Positions 9,485-19,272 of a stretch of 64,000 nucleotides of DNA are shown here, one piece after another. This DNA comes from an uncultured Desulfobacteraceae bacterium (lineage in GTDB: Bacteria > Desulfobacterota > Desulfobacteria > Desulfobacterales > UBA5852): the NCBI GenBank assembly GCA_913060875.1, contig CAJXSL010000008.1, forward strand, positions 18,807 to 82,806. The letters run 5' to 3'. The notes under the pieces are model-generated. The model worked only from the letters and a program-made list of their open reading frames with translations. It made no database searches and was not told the origin of the DNA. The translations under genes were made by a program, and so were the position numbers. Within the stretch, counting starts at the first letter, position 1; every line of letters begins with the position of its first letter.

Positions 9485-10812
9485 GATACCTATCCCATAC
9501 ACCCGAAGATCTGTCGATCATGCTTCAGGCCGTAGGGGTGCGGGATCTGGACGAACTCTTCAGCACCATTCCGGATGACTGCAAGCGTGAAAATCCGCTG
9601 GATTTACCGGAGATGACCGAATGGGAGCTCAACGATCACATGGCGGCCCTGGCCGGCCGGATGGTATCGGGAGCGGATTACAAGGTCTTTGCCGGTGCCG
9701 GCAGTTATCATCATTACATTCCGGAAGTCACCCGTTACCTGCTCAGCCGTTCGGAGTTCGTCACCGCCTACACCCCCTACCAGCCGGAGATCAGCCAGGG
9801 AACCCTGCAGGGTATTTTCGAATACCAGACCCTGATATGCCGTCTGCTCGGTATGGATGTGGCCAATGCGTCCCTCTACGACGGGGCCATGGCCGTGGCC
9901 GAAGCTTTGTTGATGGCCATCCGCATCAGCCGCCGAAAAAAGACGGTGGCGGTTTCATCCCTGGTCAACCCTTACTACCGCAAGGTGGTCGAAACCTATT
10001 TCAAGCCCACGGAGTTCCATGTGGTGGAACTGCCCCGCCGGGAAGACGGCACCACGGACCTCTCCGGCCTGGACCGAATCGACGACCTGGCCGGCGTGGC
10101 CATCCAGTCGCCCAATTTCTTCGGGTGTATCGAAGATCTGGCGGCGGCCGGACAGGCCATCCATGATCAGGGCGCTATTTTTATCACCTGTTTCAGCGAA
10201 CCCCTGGCCTACGGAATTCTAAAAGCCCCGGGGGCGCTGGATGCCGATATTGTCTGCGGTGAGGGCCAGAGTTTGGGGATTCCCCAATCCTTCGGCGGTC
10301 CGGGGGTGGGCATATTCGCCGCCAAGCAGCAATACGTGCGCAATCTGCCCGGGCGGCTCGTGGGCCAGACCGTGGATGCCGACGGCAAGCGCGGCTTCGT
10401 GCTGACCCTGTCCACCCGGGAGCAGCACATCCGGCGCGAAAAGGCGACCTCCAACATCTGCTCCAACCAGAGCCTCTGCGCCATGGCGGCCGGCATGTAC
10501 ATGGCCGCTCTGGGGGGCACCGGGTTCCGCGAACTGGCGGCCCTGAACCGCGACAAGGCCGAATACCTGAAATCCGCGCTGCAGGACGCCGGGTTGGAAA
10601 TCCCGTTTGCCCCGGCCACCTTCAATGAATTCGTGGTGAAATTCCCGGATGGCTTCGATCAGAAATGGCAGGCGCTTTTGCAGAAGAAGATTTTAGCCGG
10701 TATCCCCCTGGTGTGCTACTATCCGGAACTGGCCAACCATTATCTCCTCTGTGTGACCGAAACCCGAAGTAAAGACGACATGGATGCGCTCGTCAAGGAG
10801 GTGCAATCATGA
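9481..10812 (+). CDS. gcvPA: Glycine dehydrogenase subunit 1
   Basis: AYTPYQPEISQG, REQHIRREKATSNICSN. Confidence 0.97.
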   Translation: MRYLSHTPEDLSIMLQAVGVRDLDELFSTIPDDCKRENPLDLPEMTEWELNDHMAALAGRMVSGADYKVFAGAGSYHHYIPEVTRYLLSRSEFVTAYTPYQPEISQGTLQGIFEYQTLICRLLGMDVANASLYDGAMAVAEALLMAIRISRRKKTVAVSSLVNPYYRKVVETYFKPTEFHVVELPRREDGTTDLSGLDRIDDLAGVAIQSPNFFGCIEDLAAAGQAIHDQGAIFITCFSEPLAYGILKAPGALDADIVCGEGQSLGIPQSFGGPGVGIFAAKQQYVRNLPGRLVGQTVDADGKRGFVLTLSTREQHIRREKATSNICSNQSLCAMAAGMYMAALGGTGFRELAALNRDKAEYLKSALQDAGLEIPFAPATFNEFVVKFPDGFDQKWQALLQKKILAGIPLVCYYPELANHYLLCVTETRSKDDMDALVKEVQS

Positions 10813-12263
10813 AAGAGCCCGTCGGCACACGCGGATTGATTTTAAACGAGCCGTTTCTGTGGGAGCGCGGCGGCAAGGGCCGCACCGGTTATTCCCTGCC
10901 GCGGCGGGACGTGGACTCCGCCCCGCTGCCGGAGGATCTGGCCGGCGACGGTCCGGATTTCCCCGACCTGAGCGAAGTGGAACTGGTGCGTCATTACACC
11001 CGGTTGTCCACGTGGAACTACGGGGTGGACTCCGGCATGTACCCCCTGGGCTCCTGTACCATGAAATACAACCCCAAAACCAATGAACGCCAGGCTTCCC
11101 TGCCCGGCTTCACCGGGGCCCATCCCCTGGTGCCGAGCGAATTGTGCCAGGGTGCCCTGCAGTTGATCTATGAACTGGAACATTCCCTGGCCCACGTGGC
11201 CGGCCTGGATGCCGCCTCGGTACAGCCGTCCGCCGGCGCCCAGGGCGAGTTGGCCGGCATGCTCGTGTTTGCGGCCTACCACCGGGATCAAGGCAAGGCG
11301 CGCAGCAAAATCCTGATTCCGGATACCGCCCACGGCACCAACCCCGCCAGTGCGGCCCTGTGCGGGTTCAAGGCGGTTTCCGTGGCCACCGGACCGGATG
11401 GCGTGCTGGTGCCCGAGGCGGTGGAAGCCCTCATGGATGAGGATACCGCCGGTATCATGGTCACCAACCCCAACACGCTGGGGTTGTTCGAAACCCATAT
11501 CCAGGCCATTGCCGATATCGTGCATGCCAAAGACGGTTTGGTCTATGCCGATGGCGCCAACCTGAACGCGGTCATGGGTGTGGTGGATTTCGGCCGGGCC
11601 GGGGTGGATGTGCTGCACATCAACCTGCACAAAACCTTTTCGACCCCCCATGGCGGGGGGGGGCCGGGCTCCGGTCCCGTGTGCGTGGTCAAGCGTCTCG
11701 AGCCCTTTTTGCCGGCGCCCCGGGTCGTTAAATCCGGTGATGGCTATGCCCTGTCCGAAGACTTCCCCAAAAGTATCGGCAAGCTGCACGCCTTCTACGG
11801 GAACTTCGGGATCATGGTACGGGCCTACAGCTATATCCGCACCATGGGGAACAAGCTGAAGGACGTCAGCCAGCATGCGGTCCTGAACGCCAACTATATC
11901 AAGGAGAAGCTCAAGGACGTCTACCATTTGCCGTTCGATGTGCCTTGTATGCACGAGTGTGTTTTCTCGGACAAACTCCAGGAGCAACACAAGGTGACGA
12001 CCCTGGATGTGGCCAAGCGGCTGATCGATTACGGATTCCATCCCCCCACGATTTACTTTCCGCTGGTGGTCCATGGGGCCATCATGATCGAACCGACGGA
12101 ATCGGAATCCCGGGAGAATATCGATCAGTTCATTGCCACCATGCGCCGGATCGCCAGGGAGGCCCAGGAGGAGCCGGCCCTGCTGCAGGAGGCCCCCCGC
12201 AATCCCAAGGTTCGGCGTATGGACGAAACCCAGGCGGCCCGCAAGCCCTGCCTGCGGGGCTGA
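10809..12263 (+). CDS. gcvPB: Glycine dehydrogenase subunit 2
   Basis: PLGSCTMKYNP; LHKTFSTPHGGGGPG (PLP Lys); EPTESE. Confidence 0.97.
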   Translation: MKEPVGTRGLILNEPFLWERGGKGRTGYSLPRRDVDSAPLPEDLAGDGPDFPDLSEVELVRHYTRLSTWNYGVDSGMYPLGSCTMKYNPKTNERQASLPGFTGAHPLVPSELCQGALQLIYELEHSLAHVAGLDAASVQPSAGAQGELAGMLVFAAYHRDQGKARSKILIPDTAHGTNPASAALCGFKAVSVATGPDGVLVPEAVEALMDEDTAGIMVTNPNTLGLFETHIQAIADIVHAKDGLVYADGANLNAVMGVVDFGRAGVDVLHINLHKTFSTPHGGGGPGSGPVCVVKRLEPFLPAPRVVKSGDGYALSEDFPKSIGKLHAFYGNFGIMVRAYSYIRTMGNKLKDVSQHAVLNANYIKEKLKDVYHLPFDVPCMHECVFSDKLQEQHKVTTLDVAKRLIDYGFHPPTIYFPLVVHGAIMIEPTESESRENIDQFIATMRRIAREAQEEPALLQEAPRNPKVRRMDETQAARKPCLRG

Positions 12264-12344
12264 CGGGTGCTTGCGGTTTGCCGCTCGAACATTGGCGTTT
12301 GATGCGGGTATCACGTTTGATCCTGTGCTGCGGGCTTTGATGCC

Positions 12345-13163
12345 ATGGCATTCTATTCTCCGGCGGGTGATAGCCGCCTTTATTACGAGGTGTATGGCGA
12401 AGAAAGTGGCGGGCCATCCCTGGTCTTTCTGAATGGGACGGCCCAGACCACGGCCAACTGGCGGCCTTTGGCCCTGGGGCTGAAGGAGCGCCACCGGGTG
12501 GTCCTCTACGATGCCCGCTGCCAGGGGCGCAGTGATTGCGGCGCCGGAACCTTTTCCCTGGAGCGGCATGGGGAAGACCTGGCGGGGCTGATGGAGCATC
12601 TGTCCGTCGAACGTGCCGTGCTGGTGGGGTTGAGCCATGGTGCCCGGGTGGCCCTGGCCGCTGCAGGGCGGCGGGAGTCCCGTGTTGCCGGCCTGATCCT
12701 GCTCAGCCTGGGCCTGGTCGCTTCGACGCGCATGGCCTGTGCCCTTATGGCCTGGCGGGCTGCCTTGCACTCAGGCGGATGCGAAGGCCTTATGCAGGCC
12801 ATGATGCCATTGGTTTTTGGAGAGCTTTTTCTGCGGGAGCACCGGTCGGTCCGGTCGAAAATCATTGCGGCCCTGGTACAGCGCAACGACGAGCGGAAGA
12901 TGGCACAGCTATTGGCCGCAATCGACGGATATCCGCCCGTGAAAGCAATGTTGCCGGCGAAGCCGGTGCCGTCGATGGTCCTGTCCGGAGAAGACGACCC
13001 GCTGGTCAGCGACACCCAGGCCCGGGCCCTGGCCACACGGCTGGGAGCCGACTACCGACGGCTGCCGGATACCGGCCATTCCATCCCGGCGGAAGCCCCG
13101 GAAGCGTTGATGGAAGCCATCGCAATATTTTTCACGCAATTCCCGGATGATGCCACGCCATGA
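12345..13163 (+). CDS. Alpha/beta fold hydrolase
   Basis: GLSHG nucleophile elbow; GEDD acid; TGHS His. Confidence 0.85.
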   Translation: MAFYSPAGDSRLYYEVYGEESGGPSLVFLNGTAQTTANWRPLALGLKERHRVVLYDARCQGRSDCGAGTFSLERHGEDLAGLMEHLSVERAVLVGLSHGARVALAAAGRRESRVAGLILLSLGLVASTRMACALMAWRAALHSGGCEGLMQAMMPLVFGELFLREHRSVRSKIIAALVQRNDERKMAQLLAAIDGYPPVKAMLPAKPVPSMVLSGEDDPLVSDTQARALATRLGADYRRLPDTGHSIPAEAPEALMEAIAIFFTQFPDDATP

Positions 13164-13603
13164 AAATTGACGATACCACGATTGCCATTATCAAACATCT
13201 TCGCAACGGCCGGAAGTCTTTCAAGCAGATTGCCCAAAGCCTCCAGCTGGCGGAGAATACGGTGCGTACCCGGGTGCGCCAGCTCCAGGACCAGGGGATT
13301 CTGGAAATTGCCGGCCTGGTGGATCCGGAATCCATCCCCAGCCACCAGCCGGTGATCATCGGCGTCAAGCTGAAAACCACCGACATGTTCAAAAAGGGCG
13401 AAGAATTCAGTCATCTCAAGGGGGTGGTGTCGGTCAGCGTGGTGACCGGGCGCTATGACCTGATCCTGGTAGTGTTGTTCAAGGAAGACTACGGCCTGGA
13501 AGAATTCTACACCGAAGAAGTGGTCAAGATCGAAGACGTGCAATCCCTGGAAACCTTCGTTATCTGCAAGGGGTACAATCTCAAGGTCCCCTACATCCTT
13601 TAG
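13160..13603 (+). CDS. Lrp/AsnC family transcriptional regulator
   Basis: N-terminal HTH (GRKSFKQIAQSLQLAENTVRTRV); VTGRYD. Confidence 0.93.
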   Translation: MKIDDTTIAIIKHLRNGRKSFKQIAQSLQLAENTVRTRVRQLQDQGILEIAGLVDPESIPSHQPVIIGVKLKTTDMFKKGEEFSHLKGVVSVSVVTGRYDLILVVLFKEDYGLEEFYTEEVVKIEDVQSLETFVICKGYNLKVPYIL

Positions 13604-13746
13604 ACGCTGTTTCAAAAAAGCCTTTTGGCCCAAGCTCTGTGTTGGGTGTCAGTTCCAAGTCCTCGAAATACGATAGTATTCCTCCGGTTTAAAACAGACA
13701 CCCGCCTTGATCTTGAACCAAAATCCAATTTTTGAAACAGCGTCTA
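13601..13746. mobile_element. 146-bp MITE (ERIC-like architecture)
   Basis: Perfect 18-bp terminal inverted repeats TAGACGCTGTTTCAAAAA / TTTTTGAAACAGCGTCTA; TA at both ends; no ORF. Confidence 0.8.
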
Positions 13747-13884
13747 ATGAATATAATATTTTTCTAAAACCATCTTGGAAAGGGGACCTATCCGAGTCTG
13801 TAACCTGGGGCGGTTTTGTACGCGACGCCCTCGCCGCAAAGTCTCGGCTTGAAGATTGATGATCCCGTAAAAAGTGGTATATCT

Positions 13885-13909
13885 GTCATTCCGGACTTGA
13901 TCCGGAATC
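13885..13909. repeat. GTCATTCCGG-type REP-like palindrome (half unit)
   Basis: GTCATTCCGGACTTGATCCGGAATC; related to the 46666-46743 unit. Confidence 0.55.
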
Positions 13910-13930
13910 TCTAACATAAGGAGTGCTCCT

Positions 13931-16372
13931 GTGGAAACTTACGAGAAGCTGGGAAGCTTTTACCTGGGGAAGCAGTACGACATGGGGCGCCAGGAGCAGC
14001 AGCCGGATCTGGTGCTCTACGATGCCAAGGACCTGACCACGCACGCGGTGATCATCGGCATGACCGGCAGCGGTAAAACCGGTCTGGGGGTTGCCCTTCT
14101 GGAAGAAGCCCTGATTGACAAGGTCCCGGTGATCGCCATTGATCCCAAAGGGGATTTGACCAATCTGGCCCTGACCTTCCCGGGGATGAAAGCTGCGGAT
14201 CTGGCGCCCTGGGTCAATCCCCAGGAAGCGCTGGCCAAGGGCAAGACCGTGGAAACCCATGCGGCGGACGAAGCCCGGAAATGGACTGAGGGATTGGCCA
14301 AATGGGGGCAGGGGGTTGATCGTATCGCCCGGTTGAAAGCGGCGGCCGATTTGAAAATCTATACCCCCGGCAGCACCGCCGGGGCCTCTGTCAGCCTCCT
14401 GCGGCGGTTCAACGCCCCCTCCCGGGCCGTGCTGGACGACGCGGATCTTTTCAGCGAGCGCATTGAAACCACCACCAGCAGCCTGATGGCCCTCCTGGGA
14501 TTGGATGCGGATCCGTTGTCCAGCCGGGAGCACATCCTGGTGGCCAACATTTTCAGCCACGCCTGGCAGGCAGGGCAGGGCCTCGACCTGGCCGGCCTGA
14601 TCCAGGCCATCCAGGATCCGCCTTTCGAGCGGGTGGGCATAATGAACCTGGACAGTTTTTATCCCGCCAAGGAACGTTTCGCGCTGGCCATGCGGATCAA
14701 CAACCTTCTGGCGGCGCCGGGCTTCAGCGCCTGGCTGGAGGGGACGCCCCTGCACATCCCCGATCTGCTGCACACCCCTGCCGGAAAACCCCGGGCGTCC
14801 GTCTTTACCATCAGCCACTTATCGGATGACCAGCGCATGTTTTTTGTTTCCATGCTGCTGAACGAATTGCTGGGCTGGCTGCGCACCCAGCCGGGCACCA
14901 CCAGCCTGCGGGCGATTCTCTACATGGACGAGATCTTCGGCTATTTCCCGCCGGTGCGCAACCCGCCTTCCAAGACGCCCCTGCTGCGCCTGCTCAAACA
15001 GGCCCGGGCTTTTGGGTTGGGGGTCGTGCTGGCTACCCAGAACCCGGTCGACCTGGATTACCGCGGGTTGTCGAACATCGGCACCTGGCTGATCGGGCGG
15101 CTGCAGACCGAACGGGATCAGGCGCGGGTCATGGACGGACTCCAGGGCGGCGCCCTGGGCGGGCAGACGGATGCGGGCCGCATCAAGTCGATCCTGGCCG
15201 GCCTGGAAAGCCGCACGTTTCTTTTGCACAATGTTCACGAAAACGAGCCGGTGGTCTTCAAATCCCGCTGGGCACTGTCTTACCTGCGGGGGCCGCTCAC
15301 CCGGGACCAGATCAAACAATTAGGGGACCAGGCCGTGTCTTCGCCCCCACTGCCCGGATCCGCCCCCCCAATACCTGCAGCCGCCTCCGGTGAAACGGCT
15401 ATTCGGTCGACCCCGCCGGCCCTGCCACCCGACATCCCCGCCTATTTTATCAGGGGCTCGGGAGCAGGCCCGGCCCTGATCTATCGCCCGTATGTTCTGG
15501 GGCATATGGACGTCTATTACAACCGCGCCACATATCAGGTAGACCTGGTGCGTTCCCTGACCCTCGCGGCGCCCCTGGAGGACGGTCCCCTGCCCCTCGA
15601 TTGGGATGCCGCTGTCGCACTCGGTACCGACGGGAGCCATCTGGACATGGAGTCCATGCCGGGGGCCGGGTTTGACGCGCTGCCGGCTGCGGCCCTCAAC
15701 GCCAAGGCCTATCGCAAGTGGCAGAAAGACCTGACGCGTTGGGTCAAGGCCAACCGGCCGGTTACCCTCTGGCGCTGCAAGCCTCTGAAGTTGATAAGCA
15801 CCCCGGGGGAAACCGAAGGGGACTTTCGCAGCCGTATGGCCCTGGCCCTTCATGAAAAGCGGGACCTGGCCGTCGCCAAACTGCGACGCAAGTATGAGCG
15901 CCGCTTTCAAACCCTCAAGAACAGGCTGCTGACGGCCGAACAGGCCATTGCCCGTGAAGAGGAACAGGCCAAAGCCCGCCAGATGGATACGGTCATTTCT
16001 TTCGGGACGGCGATCCTGGGTGCCTTTCTCGGGCGCAAGACCGTCAGTGCCCGGTCCACTTCCCGGGTGGGGACGGCCATGAAATCGGCCGGACGCATGC
16101 GCAAGGAAAAAATGGACGTGGCCCGCGCCAGGGAACGGGCGGCCGCTGTCCGGGAGCAGATGGCCGAACTGGAAGACCGTCTGCAGGATGATATCGACAA
16201 GCTGGACATGCAGTTCGAGCCTGAAAACGAGCCCCTGGAGGAAATCCGTATTGCGCCGAAGCTCTCCGACATCACCTTTGCGGTTTTCGGCCTGGCCTGG
16301 CTGCCCTACCGCAAAAACGACACGGGTCAGTTCGTGCCGGATTGGCACGAAGCGGATTCGGCTTTACTTTAG
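13931..16372 (+). CDS. HerA/FtsK-superfamily ATPase (DUF87/DUF853-like) with C-terminal coiled coil
   Basis: Walker A GMTGSGKT; IDPKGD; Walker B YMDE; ARAFGLGVVLATQNP; SD AAGGAG before GTG. Confidence 0.85.
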   Translation: METYEKLGSFYLGKQYDMGRQEQQPDLVLYDAKDLTTHAVIIGMTGSGKTGLGVALLEEALIDKVPVIAIDPKGDLTNLALTFPGMKAADLAPWVNPQEALAKGKTVETHAADEARKWTEGLAKWGQGVDRIARLKAAADLKIYTPGSTAGASVSLLRRFNAPSRAVLDDADLFSERIETTTSSLMALLGLDADPLSSREHILVANIFSHAWQAGQGLDLAGLIQAIQDPPFERVGIMNLDSFYPAKERFALAMRINNLLAAPGFSAWLEGTPLHIPDLLHTPAGKPRASVFTISHLSDDQRMFFVSMLLNELLGWLRTQPGTTSLRAILYMDEIFGYFPPVRNPPSKTPLLRLLKQARAFGLGVVLATQNPVDLDYRGLSNIGTWLIGRLQTERDQARVMDGLQGGALGGQTDAGRIKSILAGLESRTFLLHNVHENEPVVFKSRWALSYLRGPLTRDQIKQLGDQAVSSPPLPGSAPPIPAAASGETAIRSTPPALPPDIPAYFIRGSGAGPALIYRPYVLGHMDVYYNRATYQVDLVRSLTLAAPLEDGPLPLDWDAAVALGTDGSHLDMESMPGAGFDALPAAALNAKAYRKWQKDLTRWVKANRPVTLWRCKPLKLISTPGETEGDFRSRMALALHEKRDLAVAKLRRKYERRFQTLKNRLLTAEQAIAREEEQAKARQMDTVISFGTAILGAFLGRKTVSARSTSRVGTAMKSAGRMRKEKMDVARARERAAAVREQMAELEDRLQDDIDKLDMQFEPENEPLEEIRIAPKLSDITFAVFGLAWLPYRKNDTGQFVPDWHEADSALL

Positions 16373-16448
16373 AATACAACGACTGGTTGCCCAAGATTCG
16401 ACCCATATGAAGGTCCCTGCCGGGGCTGCCGGAATGACGGGAATCCAT

Positions 16449-16886
16449 ATGCCCAAGTTTTTGGTTTATCTGATAACGTTTTGCGGTGGCATCGCGGCCA
16501 CGGTGCAACCTTCCATCAACGCCCGCCTGGCCGAGAAAACCGGGGTAATCGAAAGTGCCTGCGTGTCCTTCGCCGTGGGGATGCTGGCGCTCATACTGGT
16601 GATTTCCCTGGCGGGAACAGGAACTCCACGGGGGATCCTGGATGCCCGCTGGTGGGAACTGACCGGAGGCGTCCTGGGGGCCTTTTTCGTGGTCGCCGTC
16701 ACCCTGGCGGTACCCCGTATCGGCACGACGGCGGCCATGGTCCTTATCATTGCGGCCCAGCTGATGGTGGGCATGCTGCTGGATCATTTCGGTGCGTTTG
16801 GTCTCAAGGTCGAACCCGTTACCCTGCCACGCCTGGTGGGGGCCGGAATGCTGGCGGCCGGTGTGTTCCTGATCCTTCGGCGTTAG
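16449..16886 (+). CDS. DMT family (YdcZ-like) inner membrane transporter
   Basis: QPSINARL, WWELTGGVLGA, PRIG, LDHFG motifs; hydrophobic. Confidence 0.88.
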   Translation: MPKFLVYLITFCGGIAATVQPSINARLAEKTGVIESACVSFAVGMLALILVISLAGTGTPRGILDARWWELTGGVLGAFFVVAVTLAVPRIGTTAAMVLIIAAQLMVGMLLDHFGAFGLKVEPVTLPRLVGAGMLAAGVFLILRR

Positions 16887-17001
16887 GGGCCGGTGCGAAA
16901 AGGGACCGTATCGACGGGTTGCGGATTGGCGTCGCCCGCCCCGCCGCAGCAGGCTCCGTCCGGCGATGCCATATGTAAGATGCTTTTGCCCGGGGGGCAC
17001 C

Positions 17002-18978
17002 ATGGCACAGGATCCGCTCTTCGAGCCTTTGACGATCGGCGGCTGCCGGAGCCGGAACAGGATTGCGGCCCTGCCGTTGTTTACGGGTTATGCCAGACCC
17101 GATGGCGGTGTGACGCCTTTGCTGCGGGAGCATTATTGGCGGCTGGCCACTTCCGGTGCGGGTCTGGTGGTGGTGGCCAACGTGGCGGTGTCCGGGGACG
17201 GGCGCACTTCCCCGCGGGCATTGCGCCTGGACGATGATCGCTTGATCCCCGAACTGGCGCGGCTGGCCGCTACGATCCAGCACCGCGGCGCCCTGGCCTG
17301 CGTGCAGCTCAACCATGCCGGACGATTTGCACGGACCGAGCGGCCGCTCCTGCCGGCCCCCTTTGACGCGACCCACCTGGATCACGACGTGGCCGCCCTC
17401 AAACACTTCATGCATTCCTTTCCCTTTACCGAACGTTTTGGTCTGACCGCCAAATTCATGCAGATGAGTTCCCGGTGGCGCACGGGCATGACGGCGGAGG
17501 ACCGGGAGCGGGTCATCCAGGATTTCGGGCAGGCCGCCGGCCGGGCTGCGGCGGCCGGGTTCGACATGCTGGAATTGCACGGGGCCACCGGTTATCTTCT
17601 GGCCCAGTTTCTCTCCGCCTTTACCAACCGTCCCCCCGGTCCGTGGGCCGGGGATTTCGACGCCCGGTCCGCCTTTGTCCGGGACGTGGTGCGAGCGGTC
17701 AAACAGGCGGTTCCGGAGGGATTCCCCATCGGGTTCCGGCTGCTTGTGCAGGAATGGGTGCCCGAGGGCATCGATCTGGCCGAGGCGACGGCGCTGGCAA
17801 AGGTTCTGGAAAAGATGGGGGTGGCGTATCTTTCGGTCAGCGCGGGCACCTACAATTCCATGTTCAGCCGACCGGCCCTCAAGGTTTCCCGACGGCCGGC
17901 CTATCTGCAGGAAGACACCCGGGCTTTGCGCCAGGCGGTAAATACCCCCTTGATTCTGGGCGGCCGTGTCTTTCGACCGAGTTTGGCCCGTCGGGTTCTG
18001 GAAGAGGGTGTGGCCGACATGGTGGGCCTCGGACGCCCCTTGCTGGCCGATCCCGGCTGGCTGGCAAAAGCCCGGGCCGGAAAACGCGTGCATGTCTGCA
18101 TCGACTGCCGGCATTGCCTCAAACGGGTGATTCAGGAAAAAGCGCTGGCCTGTGCCCGTTGGCCGGAAGTGGAGATCGAGCGGGTGGATCTGGAGTGCGC
18201 CTTGCACGTGCGCATGAATGCCTGTTTACTGTTCACCTCGCCGTCGTCGCTGGCCCTACCGGTGGGCCAATTGCCGGCCAGGCTGCCGGGGCCGGACGAT
18301 CTCGCGGTGCGCGTCATTTACCTTATCCCGCCGGAGGAGGCCGGCAGCGGCTTCAAAACGGATGCGGAAGCCCATTGGAAGCAGATCCGAAACGACTGGG
18401 CCAAGGCGGCGGCCGGCCGTTCCCCGGAAGGCGTTTTCCGAACGGCCGCCCCCCGTGCCTATGACGACATATTGGCGGAAGCCCGCAGGGATGGCTACGG
18501 CATGCTTGTATTGGTGGACGGGCAGGATGTGCGCCGGGGGGAGCTTTTGGCCAGCAAGTGGCGGGAGGGGATATTCCTGGCGATGTCCCGCCACGCGTCC
18601 CCCGGCCGCAGGGTGTTTGTTGCCGTGGACCTTTCGCCCGCCACCCACATGCTGCTGCGGTTCCTGTCCTACGGGTTTCCAGAGCGGTCCAGATACCGAT
18701 TCCGGTTCGTGCATGTGCTGGAGGGGGCGGCACAGGCGGCCCGCAGCCGCTGGGAAAAAATGCTGCCCATATCCGGATGGGACGGGGATACCCCCCTCGA
18801 GGTGGTGGCGCCAGGACCGGACGGCGTGGCCCCAACCCTTCTGGACGCCGCCGCGGGCTGGGATACCCTCGTTGTCGGGCGGCGGGGGCTTTCCCGGATC
18901 AAATCGCTGTTGCTGGGCAGCGTGTCCCGCCGGATTCTGCGGGAAGCGACGGATGCCGATGTGGTGATCGTTTCTTAG
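17002..18978 (+). CDS. Old yellow enzyme family NADH:flavin oxidoreductase fused to universal-stress-protein-like domain(s)
   Basis: LFEPLTIG, QLNHAGR, GFDMLELHGATGYLLAQFLS, GRPLLADP; CIDCRHC..C cluster motif; C-terminal VAVDLS..VVGRRGLS..LLGSVS (USP). Confidence 0.85.
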   Translation: MAQDPLFEPLTIGGCRSRNRIAALPLFTGYARPDGGVTPLLREHYWRLATSGAGLVVVANVAVSGDGRTSPRALRLDDDRLIPELARLAATIQHRGALACVQLNHAGRFARTERPLLPAPFDATHLDHDVAALKHFMHSFPFTERFGLTAKFMQMSSRWRTGMTAEDRERVIQDFGQAAGRAAAAGFDMLELHGATGYLLAQFLSAFTNRPPGPWAGDFDARSAFVRDVVRAVKQAVPEGFPIGFRLLVQEWVPEGIDLAEATALAKVLEKMGVAYLSVSAGTYNSMFSRPALKVSRRPAYLQEDTRALRQAVNTPLILGGRVFRPSLARRVLEEGVADMVGLGRPLLADPGWLAKARAGKRVHVCIDCRHCLKRVIQEKALACARWPEVEIERVDLECALHVRMNACLLFTSPSSLALPVGQLPARLPGPDDLAVRVIYLIPPEEAGSGFKTDAEAHWKQIRNDWAKAAAGRSPEGVFRTAAPRAYDDILAEARRDGYGMLVLVDGQDVRRGELLASKWREGIFLAMSRHASPGRRVFVAVDLSPATHMLLRFLSYGFPERSRYRFRFVHVLEGAAQAARSRWEKMLPISGWDGDTPLEVVAPGPDGVAPTLLDAAAGWDTLVVGRRGLSRIKSLLLGSVSRRILREATDADVVIVS

Positions 18979-18990
18979 GATCTTTCTTAA

Positions 18991-19250
18991 TTCTTTTCTT
19001 TCCCGGGAAAGAAAAGAAATCAAAAGAAACCGCCCGCGTCCCGCGGCCCCTACGGGGCTTCCCTGCGCGTCGTCGGTGCGGCCGGAGCACGCGGAAACTC
19101 ACCCGCCTTCGCATAGGCTACGGCGGGCTCAGACAGTCCGCGCGCTTTTTCCCGTCCGCCCCGCCGATGCTCGGCGCGGGACAATGGGAAAACCAAAACC
19201 AAAAGCCGCAAACCATTTTACCTCCCCTTCGAGGTGGTAACCTGAAGTCT
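18991..19250. repeat. Dispersed structured repeat, copy 1
   Basis: 45 nt (19062-19106) identical to 52155-52199; opens with the 28-bp palindrome TTCTTTTCTTTCCCGGGAAAGAAAAGAA. Confidence 0.85.
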
Positions 19251-19272
19251 TCCATTATACGGCGAGGGCTTT

